Shown: positions 8,601 through 16,760 of the stretch, piece after piece | How positions within the stretch are numbered: position 1 is the first letter of the stretch | Layout of the letters: each line of letters starts with the position of its first letter | Assembly (NCBI RefSeq): GCF_000009705.1 | Contig: NC_003272.1 | Span: 810,001-842,000 of the forward strand | DNA: 32,000 nt | DNA from: Nostoc sp. PCC 7120 = FACHB-418 | GTDB taxonomy: Bacteria; Cyanobacteriota; Cyanobacteriia; Cyanobacteriales; Nostocaceae | Direction of reading: 5' to 3' | Notes under the pieces: generated by a model | The model's database searches: none | Told to the model about the DNA's origin: nothing | Seen by the model: only the letters and a program-made list of their open reading frames with translations | Made by a program: the position numbers and the translations under genes

Positions 8601-11015
8601 AATCTTTGTAAAGCTTGCTATATGCTGGGGAATAATTTGCTTTCCTGGGTGCGTCCCTTGCGTTGCTCGCTGCCTATTTTCGACCAAGGATTAGTGGCTG
8701 GGCTACAGTCTGGGGAGATGGTTTTCTCAGGTAATCTTTTGATGTACAAGCTGCTCAATTCATTTTATGCCGGAGAAAGCCTATTAGAAATTCAGCAAAA
8801 TCTTCCTGAATATTTAGAATTTTGTGCCAAAAAACTTAACTATCAGCTGCCTGTTGATGTACTCTCTGGATTAAAAATTGCCCTGGCTGAACTGACAGCT
8901 AGTGGTGCAGAGAATATCCCAACTGAGCAGCAGCATCTTGAAGTATGTAGGATCAACAACAGTGATTATGCAATTTGTCACTATTTGCTCCTAAAAACTA
9001 AAATTCTATGTTTGTACGGACGCTATGACGAGGCATTAGAATCGGCTCAAGGGGCTGAAGACCTCGTTGGTACAATTACTGGAAAATATCAGGTTGCAGC
9101 TATCAATTTCTATCAATCTATTGCTATAGCTGAATACTGCCGGGTTCATGCTCTAGGTTTAGATAATAGTTACATCCAAAAAGTTAAATCAAACCAAGCG
9201 CAACTGAGTTTATGGGCTGCTAGTTGTCCGGAAAACTTTGCTCATAAGTATGATCTCGTGAATGCAGTTTTAAGCGTTTTATCAGGACAGAAAACAGAAG
9301 CAATTGAACTGTTCGATAGTGCTATTTCTGGGGCTGAAGTCAATAGCTATCTTCAAGAAAAAGCCTTAGCAAACGAACTTGCAGGTAAATTCTGCCTTGA
9401 ATGGGGCAAACAAAAATTCGCCGCAGGCTATATACAAGAAGCCTACTATTGTTACGAAAAATGGGGTGCAAAAGCCAAAGTTGTCGATTTAGAAAAACGC
9501 TATCCCCAACTACTGACTCCTATATTACAGCCAACTCTTTCGACTCTCTCTATTAACGAAACTATCATCACCTTGGGGACTGTCACCTCTAAGAGTGGAA
9601 GCACTTCTAACAGCAGTGTTTCAGATACCTTAGATTTAACAGCGATTCTCAAAGCTTCTCAAACTATCTCCGGTGAAATTGAACTCGAAAAACTGCTTGC
9701 ATCTTTACTGAGAATCGTCATTGAAAATGCTGGGGCTGATAAATGTGTATTAATGCTGTTGCAAGACAGTCACTTGCTAATTAAAGGCTCAATTACCCAG
9801 GAAACACAGCCAGTTGTGTTGCAGAACCTTCGGGTTGAAGAAAGTCAAGATATTCCCCACAAACTAATTTACAAAGTCAAGCACAGTAATCAAACTGTTG
9901 TCTTGGTGGATGCGACAGCAGAGCCGATTTTAGCCAATGATTCGTATATTTTGCGTCAACAGCCTCAAAGTATCTTGTGTAGTCCGATTTTGCATCAAGG
10001 CAAATTACTGGGCATTTTATATCTAGAAAATAACTTAACAAAGGGAGCATTCACAAGCGATCGCATTGAAATACTCAATTTAATTTGCGCTCAAGCTGCC
10101 ATTTCTCTAGAAAATGCCCGACTTTATGAATCTGCTCAGGAATATGCCCAAAAGTTAGAGCAAGCATTCACTGATTTACAAAATGCTCAATTGCATATAG
10201 TCCAAAGTGAAAAAATGTCTGCGTTGGGTAATTTAGTTGCAGGTGTCGCCCATGAAATGAATAATCCGTTGGGCTTTATTTCTGCTACGCTCCAACAAAC
10301 TAAACCCAATTTTGCCGATATCACAGAACACTTGAGACTCTATCAAGAAAACTTAGAAAATCCTGGTGATGAAATTCAAGACCATGCGGAGGAAATTGAC
10401 TTAGATTTTATGTTAGAAGACTTACCTAAAACAATCGATGCAATGGTCATGGCGTGGGATAGGCTGAAAAATATTAGCACTAGCTTACGGACATTTTCTC
10501 GCGCTGATCGAGATTATAAAGTACCATTTAATCTCCATGAAGGCATTGACAGTACAATTTTAATTCTCAAGCATCGCCTGAAAGCCAATGACCAACGCCC
10601 AGCCATTGACGTAATTACTAACTATGGTGATTTACCTTTAGTTAATTGTTTTCCTGGGCAATTGAATCAGGTGTTTATGAATATTCTTGCCAATGCTATT
10701 GATGCGTTAGAAGAAGCAAATATTGGTAAGAGTTTTACAGAGATTACAGCACATCCTAACCGCATCACAATCACAACATCAATCATTGATCATCAATCAG
10801 TAAAAATATCAATTGCTGATAATGGTAAAGGTATGAGTGCAGAAGTTAAAAACAAGATTTTTGACCATTTATTTACTACTAAGTCAGTAGGTAAAGGTAC
10901 GGGATTAGGATTAGCGATCGCCAGACAAATTATCGAAGAAAAACACGGTGGTAAAATCACAGTTAATTCTGTTCTGGGTGAAGGAACTGAATTGAGCATT
11001 CAATTACCAGTGTAA
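5625..11015 (+). CDS. pkn41: Giant multidomain signalling protein: Ser/Thr kinase, P-loop STAND/AAA ATPase, TPR-like helical region, GAF, histidine kinase (HisKA + HATPase_c)
   Basis: 1796-aa ORF with these motifs:
- catalytic loop HKDIKPSN (aa 132-139), which makes it a non-RD kinase
- DFS (aa 153-155) in place of DFG
- SPEQ in place of APE
- Walker A GFSGIGKT (aa 334-341)
- Walker B VIFLDDLQWAD
- a GAF-like block, ILKASQTISGEIELEKLL...LYLEN
- H-box VAHEMNNPL (His at about aa 1543)
- N-box QVFMNILANAIDAL
- G1 DNGKGM
- G2 GTGLGLAIA

The symbol comes from my memory of the tandem pkn41/pkn42 (alr0709/alr0710) pair in Anabaena PCC 7120. The nearby glgB and ftsI genes fit that locus. This has not been verified by search. 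Confidence 0.9.
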   Translation: MTSTLVEKIPGYNINEELYHGSRTLVYRGYREVDQQAVVVKLLKNPYPSFNELLLFRNQYTIAKNLNSPLIVQTYSLEPCKNGYALVMEDFGGISLKEWGTRETQQSLEEFLMIAIALCNILDLLYHQRIIHKDIKPSNILINPQTKQVKLIDFSIASLLPRETQTLVNPNVLEGTLGYISPEQTGRMNRGIDYRTDFYSLGVTFYELLTGGLPFASNDPIELVHSHIAKIAPLAHEINSEIPSVLSKIVSKLMEKNAEDRYQSALGLKFDLEKCLIQLKETGKIESFDIASRDVCDRFIIPDKLYGRENEVQSLLQAFERVAGGSSELMLVAGFSGIGKTAVVNEVHKPITRQCGYFIKGKYDQFNRNIPFSAFVQAFRSLMGQILSASDIELAHWKEQILATVGENGQVLIEVIPELEYIIGSQPPVIELVGSASQNRFNLLFGKFIRVFTKKEHPLVIFLDDLQWADSASLHLLKLLMSESETGYLLVLGAYRDNEVFPAHPLMLTLNEIRQTGVNLNTLMLAALNELDVTCLVADTLQCANNIAAPLSHLVYQKTQGNPFFTIQFLYGLHEEECIIFNPASGYWQCDLTQVTQLALTDDVVEFTIRRLQRLPEATQQVLKLAACIGNRFDLETLAVVCEATPESVAADLWRSLQEGLVIPENSTYKFFQGKGHDVETVDNISVSYLFLHDRVQQAAYSLIPETLRQATHFQIGKLLLANVSPEEQGSKIFAIVNHLNEGLILHQSQEERSELLQLNLIAGRRAKESTAYGVAVNYFTVAQSLLPPDSWQQCYEKTLDVYFNLAEVKYLSGDFQSSLAIVETISSFAKQQIDRAEAFNLAILMFTLQGQYLQALEYGQKALSCLNFDLSEIDLPEKLESYQREIELKLGDRPIDQLVDEPEATDPEKRLIIKILNNLIVPVYVLQKGELYFVVALSMVSVSLNFGVVAESGNGFSAYGMYLGFYQRNYQSGYEFGVLAESLAKRFKQAENLCKACYMLGNNLLSWVRPLRCSLPIFDQGLVAGLQSGEMVFSGNLLMYKLLNSFYAGESLLEIQQNLPEYLEFCAKKLNYQLPVDVLSGLKIALAELTASGAENIPTEQQHLEVCRINNSDYAICHYLLLKTKILCLYGRYDEALESAQGAEDLVGTITGKYQVAAINFYQSIAIAEYCRVHALGLDNSYIQKVKSNQAQLSLWAASCPENFAHKYDLVNAVLSVLSGQKTEAIELFDSAISGAEVNSYLQEKALANELAGKFCLEWGKQKFAAGYIQEAYYCYEKWGAKAKVVDLEKRYPQLLTPILQPTLSTLSINETIITLGTVTSKSGSTSNSSVSDTLDLTAILKASQTISGEIELEKLLASLLRIVIENAGADKCVLMLLQDSHLLIKGSITQETQPVVLQNLRVEESQDIPHKLIYKVKHSNQTVVLVDATAEPILANDSYILRQQPQSILCSPILHQGKLLGILYLENNLTKGAFTSDRIEILNLICAQAAISLENARLYESAQEYAQKLEQAFTDLQNAQLHIVQSEKMSALGNLVAGVAHEMNNPLGFISATLQQTKPNFADITEHLRLYQENLENPGDEIQDHAEEIDLDFMLEDLPKTIDAMVMAWDRLKNISTSLRTFSRADRDYKVPFNLHEGIDSTILILKHRLKANDQRPAIDVITNYGDLPLVNCFPGQLNQVFMNILANAIDALEEANIGKSFTEITAHPNRITITTSIIDHQSVKISIADNGKGMSAEVKNKIFDHLFTTKSVGKGTGLGLAIARQIIEEKHGGKITVNSVLGEGTELSIQLPV

Positions 11016-11023
11016 ATTTTTAC
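11010..11023 (+). promoter_or_regulatory. Near-copy of the upstream box (GTG-N8-TAC), overlapping the stop codon of the first kinase gene, 78 nt upstream of the second
   Basis: GTGTAAATTTTTAC matches the 5545..5558 motif at 13 of 14 positions and lies at nearly the same distance from the following ATG. The first half-site is GTG rather than GTA. Confidence 0.2.
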
Positions 11024-11087
11024 GTCATTATCGAGTGCAGTTGATCATTTGGGAATACTAAATCTAAACATTTTAAAGATTTAGAGT

Positions 11088-14000
11088 ATGACTAGGACTC
11101 TTGTTGAGAATATTCCCGGATATAGCATCAGCGAAGAACTCTATAATGGCTCCCGAACCCAAGTTTATGGAGGTTATCGAGAAGTTGATCAACAACCAGT
11201 AGTCATCAAATTACTGAAAAATCCTTATCCCAGCTTTAACGAACTGTTGCTGTTTCGCAATCAATACACAATTGCCAAAAATCTCAACTCCCCCCTGATA
11301 GTCCAAAATTACAGTCTAGAACCTTACCAAAATGGTTATGCACTAGTGATGGAAGACTTTGGTGGAATTTCTCTGAAAAAGTGGGGAACTAGACAAACTC
11401 AACAATCTTTAGAAGAATTTTTAGTGATAGCGATCGCACTCTGCGACATCTTCAACTTACTCTACCACGAACGGATTATTCATAAAGATATTAAACCCAG
11501 CAATATATTAATTAATCCTGAAACTCAACAAGTTAAATTAATCGACTTTAGTATTGCATCATTATTACCCAGAGAAACCCAAACCCTAGTCAATCCCAAT
11601 GTTTTAGAAGGTACACTCGCTTATATATCTCCAGAACAAACAGGGAGAATGAATCGGGTTGTTGATTATCGCACAGATTTTTATTCCCTGGGTATAACTT
11701 TTTATGAGTTACTGACAGGAGAATTACCCTTTGCATCTAATGATGCGATGGAATTGGTACATTCTCATATTGCTAAAACAGTACCTTTAGCACATGAAAT
11801 TAATCTAGATATCCCATCAGTTATCTCAGAAATCATCAGGAAATTAGTAGCAAAAAATGCTGAAGACAGATATCAGAGTGCGTTGGGATTAAAATTTGAT
11901 TTAGAAAAATGTCTAACTCAGTTAAGAGAAACTGGTGAAATCCAAAGTTTTGAGATTGCTAGTAGGGATGTGTGCGATCGCTTCATCATCCCTGACAAAC
12001 TCTACGGACGAGAAACCGAAGCCGCAACTTTACTACAAGCCTTTGAAAGAGTCAGTAATGGCGCAACAGAAATGATGATGGTTGCAGGGTTTTCTGGAAT
12101 TGGCAAAACCGCCGTCGTCAACGAAGTGCATAAACCGATTGTGCGACAGTGCGGCTACTTCATCAAAGGCAAATACGACCAATTAAAACGCAATATTCCT
12201 TTGAGTGCTTTTGTCCAGGCTTTTCGTGACTTGATGGGGCAATTGCTGAGTGAAAGCGATACTAAATTGTTGCAGTGGAAAGAGAAAATCTTGTCTGCTT
12301 TAGGTGAAAATGGGCAAGTTTTAATAGAAGTCATTCCCGAACTGGAGCAAATTATCGGCAAACAGCCAGCAGTCCTAGAACTCAGTGGTAGTGCTGCTTT
12401 AAACCGCTTCAACTTGTTATTTGGCAAGTTCATAGCCTTGTTCGCGACACAGCAGCATCCTTTGGTAATGTTTCTCGATGACTTGCAGTGGGCAGATTCC
12501 GCTTCACTAAGCTTGATGCAAGTGTTGATGAGTCAAAGCGAGATGGGCTATCTGCTGATAATTGGAGCCTATCGGGATAACGAAGTCTTTGCGGCTCATC
12601 CCTTAATGTTAATACTTGAGGAGATGAAGAAAGACTTGGCAATCATCAGTACCCTGACTCTAGCTCCATTAAGTCAATCTCATGTCAATCATCTGGTGGC
12701 TGACACCCTCAGTTGTACAAAAGTTCTAGCGCAACCTTTGAGCGAGTTAGTTTATCAAAAAACCAAAGGCAACCCCTTCTTTGCAACCCAATTTCTCAAA
12801 GCTTTGCATCAAGATGGCTACATTGCTTATGACTTTAATGTAGGACATTGGCAGTGCGATATTGCAGCAGTGAAATTGCTCTCGCTCACTGATGATGTAG
12901 TACAATTCATGGCACTGGAACTGCAAAAGTTGCCCGATGCAACCCAAAATGTCCTCAAACTTGCTGCCTGTATTGGCGCACAATTTGATTTAGAGATATT
13001 AGCTATAGTTTCAGAATTTTCTGCAACCGATGCCGCAACAGCATTGTGGAAAGCTTTGCAATCAGGCTTGATTTTGCCCACCAGCCAGACTTATAAGTTT
13101 TTTCAGGGTACACAACAATCTGACTTAGAGGATACAGTTAATCCAACCTATCGATTTTTACACGATCGTATCCAGCAAGCCGCCTATTCCCTAATTCCCG
13201 ACAACCAAAAACAGGCAACTCATCTCAAAATCGGACAATTACTCCAACAAAACTTACCAGAGATAGAAAAAGAGGAAAAGCTATTTGATATTGTCGGGCA
13301 TTTAAATCTAGCAATTGAGCTAATAACTCAACCAAGAGAACTGGAAGCTTTAGCCAGACTGAATTTAGCTGCTGGACAGAAAGCCAGAAATTCTACAGCT
13401 TATGCAAACGCCAGAAGTTTTTTGCAAACAGGGCTAGAATTGCTTGCTGTGGACTGTTGGCAACATCAGTACGAATTAACTCTGAATCTTTATGTAGCTG
13501 CGGCGGAAACTGCTTACTTGAATGCCGATTTTGAGGGGATGATAGAAATGGCAACCGAGGTGTTGCAATCAGCCCAAAACATACTAGACAAAGTGAAGAT
13601 TTATGAAATCCAAATTAGCGCACTGACAGCCCAGAGTCAGATGTTAAAAGCGATCGCTGTAGGCAGAAATGCCCTTGAACAATTAGGAGTTGAGTTTGTT
13701 TCTGAACCCAACGAAGCCCTGATAAGCAAAGCACTCCAAACCCTTGCAGACCAACTTCAGGGCAAACAGATTTCAGAACTGATTCACCTCCCTGTGATGA
13801 GCAATCCTCGAATAATTGCGGCAATGCAACTGTTAGCAATGTTGTTTGCTCCCATTTTTTTGGCAAATCCTACCTTATTTCCTTCGCTTTGCTCCACAAT
13901 GGTGAGTCTATCCCTTCAATTTGGGAATACAACTGCATCAACCCTTGGATATATAGGTTATGGCAAGGTGCTGTCTTCTTTTTTAGGAGAAGTTAAAACA

Positions 14001-16487
14001 GGTTATGATTTTGGGCGATTGGCATTGAGCTTACTCAATCAGTTGAATGCACAAGAATTTAAGTCTCAAACTTTACTGGTGTTTGGCGCTTTTCTCCAGC
14101 ATCGTCAAGAAGCACTCAGAGAAATAATCCCAACGCTAAAAGCGGGGTATCTGGCTGGAATGGAAACTGGTAATTTCCTCACTGCTGGTTACCATTTATC
14201 TATTTATTTTTACAATCGTTTATTCACTGGAGTGGCTCTGGATGATTGGGAACTAGAAATAGAAAACTACTGTGTTATCTTGGCGACTGTGAAGCAAGAT
14301 TCTCCTCTAACTTACCTAAGGGTGACACAACAGACGGCGCAAAACTTGAGGGAAATTGTCAATCAACCAGATTTACTAAGTGGTACCGCCTACAATGAAA
14401 TGGTGATGTTTCCTAAACACCATCAAAATAATGAATTCACTATCCTTGCTGTTGCCTATACCTATAAACTGATGCTTGCCTATATTTTTGGCAACTATAC
14501 CAATGCTCTAGACTACATTACCCAAGCTAACCGCTATTTGATGGCAGCTACAGGAATGCTTCAAATTCCGGTTTTTCATTTTTATGCCGGATTAACCTAC
14601 TTGACACTCTACTCTACGCACTCAGAAAGCGAGCAAGCTAACACTCTCGCCCTGGCAGAGACTCATCAAACTATTCTGGCTCAATGGGCGCACCATGCCC
14701 CCATGAATTACCAACATAAAGTTGACTTAATAAAGGCAGAAAAATGCCGAGTTTTAGGACAAAAAACCGAAGCAAGTGAGCTATATGACAAGGCAATTTC
14801 TCTTGCCAAAGTCAACGAATATTTTCAGGATGAAGCCCTCAGTAACGAACTGGCAGCAAAGTTTTACCTAGATTGGGGTAAACAGCGCATAGCCGGAGAA
14901 TACATGATTGAAGCTTACTATAGTTATACCCGTTGGAGTGCAAAAGCCAAAGTCGCTGATTTAGAAAAACGCTATTCCCAATTACTTGCTCCTATATTAC
15001 AGCAAACTCGTTCGACACTTTCCACTCATGAAACTATCGTTGCCGTGGGGACTGTCACCTCCAGCAGTGGAGCCACTTCTAGCACCAGTGTCTCAGATAC
15101 CCTAGATTTTAAAACGATTCTCAAAGCTTCCTGCACTATCTCCAGTGAAATTGAACTGGAAAAATTGCTTGCATCGTTACTGAGAATAGTCATTGAAAAT
15201 GCGGGGGCTGATAAATGTGTATTAATGCTGTTACAAGACGATTACCTGTTAGTTCAAGGATCGATGTCCCAAGGAACACAGCCAATAGTGTTGCAGAGAA
15301 TACCTGTTGAAGACAGTCAGGATATTCCCCACAAGCTCATTTATAAAGTCAAGCACAGTCAACAGACTGTAGTATTTTTGGATATAACCACAGATACAAC
15401 CTTAGCCAATGACCCCTATATTATCCATCAGCAGCCTCAGAGTATTTTGTGCAGCCCAATTTTACATCAAGGCAAGTTGATAGGTATTTTATATCTAGAG
15501 AATAGTTTAACCACAGGGGCATTCACAAGCGATCGCATAGAAATACTCAATCTCATTTGCGCTCAAGCTGCCATTTCTCTAGAAAATGCCCGACTTTATG
15601 AATCTGCTCAGGAATATGCCCAAAAGTTAGAGCAAGCATTCACTGATTTACAAAATGCTCAATTGCATATAGTCCAAAGTGAAAAAATGTCTGCGTTGGG
15701 TAATTTAGTTGCAGGTGTCGCCCATGAAATGAATAATCCGTTGGGCTTTATTTCTGCTACGCTCCAACAAACTAAACCCAATTTTGCCGATATCACAGAA
15801 CACTTGAAACTCTATCAAGAAAACTTAGAAAATCCTAATCGTGAGATTCAAGACCATGCGAAAGAAATGGACTTAGATTTTCTGTTAGAGGACTTACCTA
15901 AAACAATCGATGCAATGATCATGGCCTGCAACAGGTTAGAAAACATTAGCACTAGCTTGCGGACATTTTCTCGCGCTGACAAAGATTACAAGGTAAAATT
16001 TAATCTCCATGAAGGCATTGACAGCACAATTTTAATTCTCAAGCATCGCCTGAAAGCAAATCAACAACACCCAGCAATTGAAGTAATTACTAACTATGGT
16101 GATTTACCTTTAGTCAATTGTTTTCCTGGGCAATTGAATCAGGTGTTTATGAATATTCTTGCCAATGCTATTGATGCACTAGAAGAAGCAAATATTGGTA
16201 AAAGTTTTGCAGAGATTACAGCGCATCCTAACCGCATCACAATCACAACATCAATCATTGATCATCAATCAGTAAAAATATCAATTGCTGATAATGGTAA
16301 AGGGATGAGTGAAGAAGTTAAAAACAAGATTTTTGACCATTTATTTACTACTAAGTCAGTAGGTAAAGGTACAGGTTTAGGATTAGCGATCGCCCGTCAA
16401 ATTGTTGCAGAAAAACATGGTGGTAAAATCACAGTTAATTCTGTTCTGGGCGAGGGGACAGAGTTTACAATTTATCTTCCCATTTAG
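11088..16487 (+). CDS. pkn42: Paralogous giant signalling protein with the same architecture: Ser/Thr kinase, P-loop STAND ATPase, TPR-like region, GAF, histidine kinase
   Basis: 1799-aa ORF, 72 nt downstream of the previous gene. It carries the same motif set (HKDIKPSN, DFS, GFSGIGKT, VMFLDDLQWAD, VAHEMNNPL, DNGKGM, GTGLGLAIA). The symbol is assigned on the same recollection-based reasoning as pkn41. Confidence 0.9.
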   Translation: MTRTLVENIPGYSISEELYNGSRTQVYGGYREVDQQPVVIKLLKNPYPSFNELLLFRNQYTIAKNLNSPLIVQNYSLEPYQNGYALVMEDFGGISLKKWGTRQTQQSLEEFLVIAIALCDIFNLLYHERIIHKDIKPSNILINPETQQVKLIDFSIASLLPRETQTLVNPNVLEGTLAYISPEQTGRMNRVVDYRTDFYSLGITFYELLTGELPFASNDAMELVHSHIAKTVPLAHEINLDIPSVISEIIRKLVAKNAEDRYQSALGLKFDLEKCLTQLRETGEIQSFEIASRDVCDRFIIPDKLYGRETEAATLLQAFERVSNGATEMMMVAGFSGIGKTAVVNEVHKPIVRQCGYFIKGKYDQLKRNIPLSAFVQAFRDLMGQLLSESDTKLLQWKEKILSALGENGQVLIEVIPELEQIIGKQPAVLELSGSAALNRFNLLFGKFIALFATQQHPLVMFLDDLQWADSASLSLMQVLMSQSEMGYLLIIGAYRDNEVFAAHPLMLILEEMKKDLAIISTLTLAPLSQSHVNHLVADTLSCTKVLAQPLSELVYQKTKGNPFFATQFLKALHQDGYIAYDFNVGHWQCDIAAVKLLSLTDDVVQFMALELQKLPDATQNVLKLAACIGAQFDLEILAIVSEFSATDAATALWKALQSGLILPTSQTYKFFQGTQQSDLEDTVNPTYRFLHDRIQQAAYSLIPDNQKQATHLKIGQLLQQNLPEIEKEEKLFDIVGHLNLAIELITQPRELEALARLNLAAGQKARNSTAYANARSFLQTGLELLAVDCWQHQYELTLNLYVAAAETAYLNADFEGMIEMATEVLQSAQNILDKVKIYEIQISALTAQSQMLKAIAVGRNALEQLGVEFVSEPNEALISKALQTLADQLQGKQISELIHLPVMSNPRIIAAMQLLAMLFAPIFLANPTLFPSLCSTMVSLSLQFGNTTASTLGYIGYGKVLSSFLGEVKTGYDFGRLALSLLNQLNAQEFKSQTLLVFGAFLQHRQEALREIIPTLKAGYLAGMETGNFLTAGYHLSIYFYNRLFTGVALDDWELEIENYCVILATVKQDSPLTYLRVTQQTAQNLREIVNQPDLLSGTAYNEMVMFPKHHQNNEFTILAVAYTYKLMLAYIFGNYTNALDYITQANRYLMAATGMLQIPVFHFYAGLTYLTLYSTHSESEQANTLALAETHQTILAQWAHHAPMNYQHKVDLIKAEKCRVLGQKTEASELYDKAISLAKVNEYFQDEALSNELAAKFYLDWGKQRIAGEYMIEAYYSYTRWSAKAKVADLEKRYSQLLAPILQQTRSTLSTHETIVAVGTVTSSSGATSSTSVSDTLDFKTILKASCTISSEIELEKLLASLLRIVIENAGADKCVLMLLQDDYLLVQGSMSQGTQPIVLQRIPVEDSQDIPHKLIYKVKHSQQTVVFLDITTDTTLANDPYIIHQQPQSILCSPILHQGKLIGILYLENSLTTGAFTSDRIEILNLICAQAAISLENARLYESAQEYAQKLEQAFTDLQNAQLHIVQSEKMSALGNLVAGVAHEMNNPLGFISATLQQTKPNFADITEHLKLYQENLENPNREIQDHAKEMDLDFLLEDLPKTIDAMIMACNRLENISTSLRTFSRADKDYKVKFNLHEGIDSTILILKHRLKANQQHPAIEVITNYGDLPLVNCFPGQLNQVFMNILANAIDALEEANIGKSFAEITAHPNRITITTSIIDHQSVKISIADNGKGMSEEVKNKIFDHLFTTKSVGKGTGLGLAIARQIVAEKHGGKITVNSVLGEGTEFTIYLPI

Positions 16488-16680
16488 AAGATTCATTTTT
16501 AGTACAACTCTGCAAATCGATCTAGCTTAAAATCCATTCCCACTCATCCACATTCTCCTGAGATTTTCTTGATGAATCGACTCTTAAGCCCTAAGAAAGT
16601 TACATAATACATTATTGCACTTTCCCTACGAGACGCATTGCAAACGCGTGTCAGTGGTTGAAAGGAACTGGTTTAATACC

Positions 16681-16703
16681 CCATCCCCTTGTGGGTGGTT
16701 TTT
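16681..16703 (+). terminator. Small hairpin plus T5 run (possible intrinsic terminator for the kinase pair)
   Basis: ccatcc-ccttgt-gggtgg gives 6 bp including one G-U pair, followed by ttttt. It lies about 195 nt after the stop of the second kinase gene. The stem is short, so the call is weak. Confidence 0.35.
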
Positions 16704-16760
16704 AGTCATTTTTGCTACTGACCACAAACAAAAACTTAATCCCCCTGTAGGTGGAGTTTT

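Noticed and set aside
10793-10999. ORF 10793..10999(-), antisense to the HATPase domain of the first kinase
   Set aside because: It is a shadow ORF within a strongly supported CDS.
12155-13866. Five minus-strand ORFs (12155..12433, 12430..12642, 12747..12983, 12827..13081, 13615..13866) inside the second kinase gene
   Set aside because: All are antisense to a 1799-aa ORF with clear domain motifs. They overlap one another and have no start-site signals.
5625-16487. The idea that the P-loop STAND + TPR giants are Avs-like antiviral STAND defence proteins
   Set aside because: The terminal modules are signalling kinases plus GAF rather than nuclease, TIR, protease or other killing effectors. 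The locus also matches a described iron/nitrogen signalling pair, so defence is not supported.
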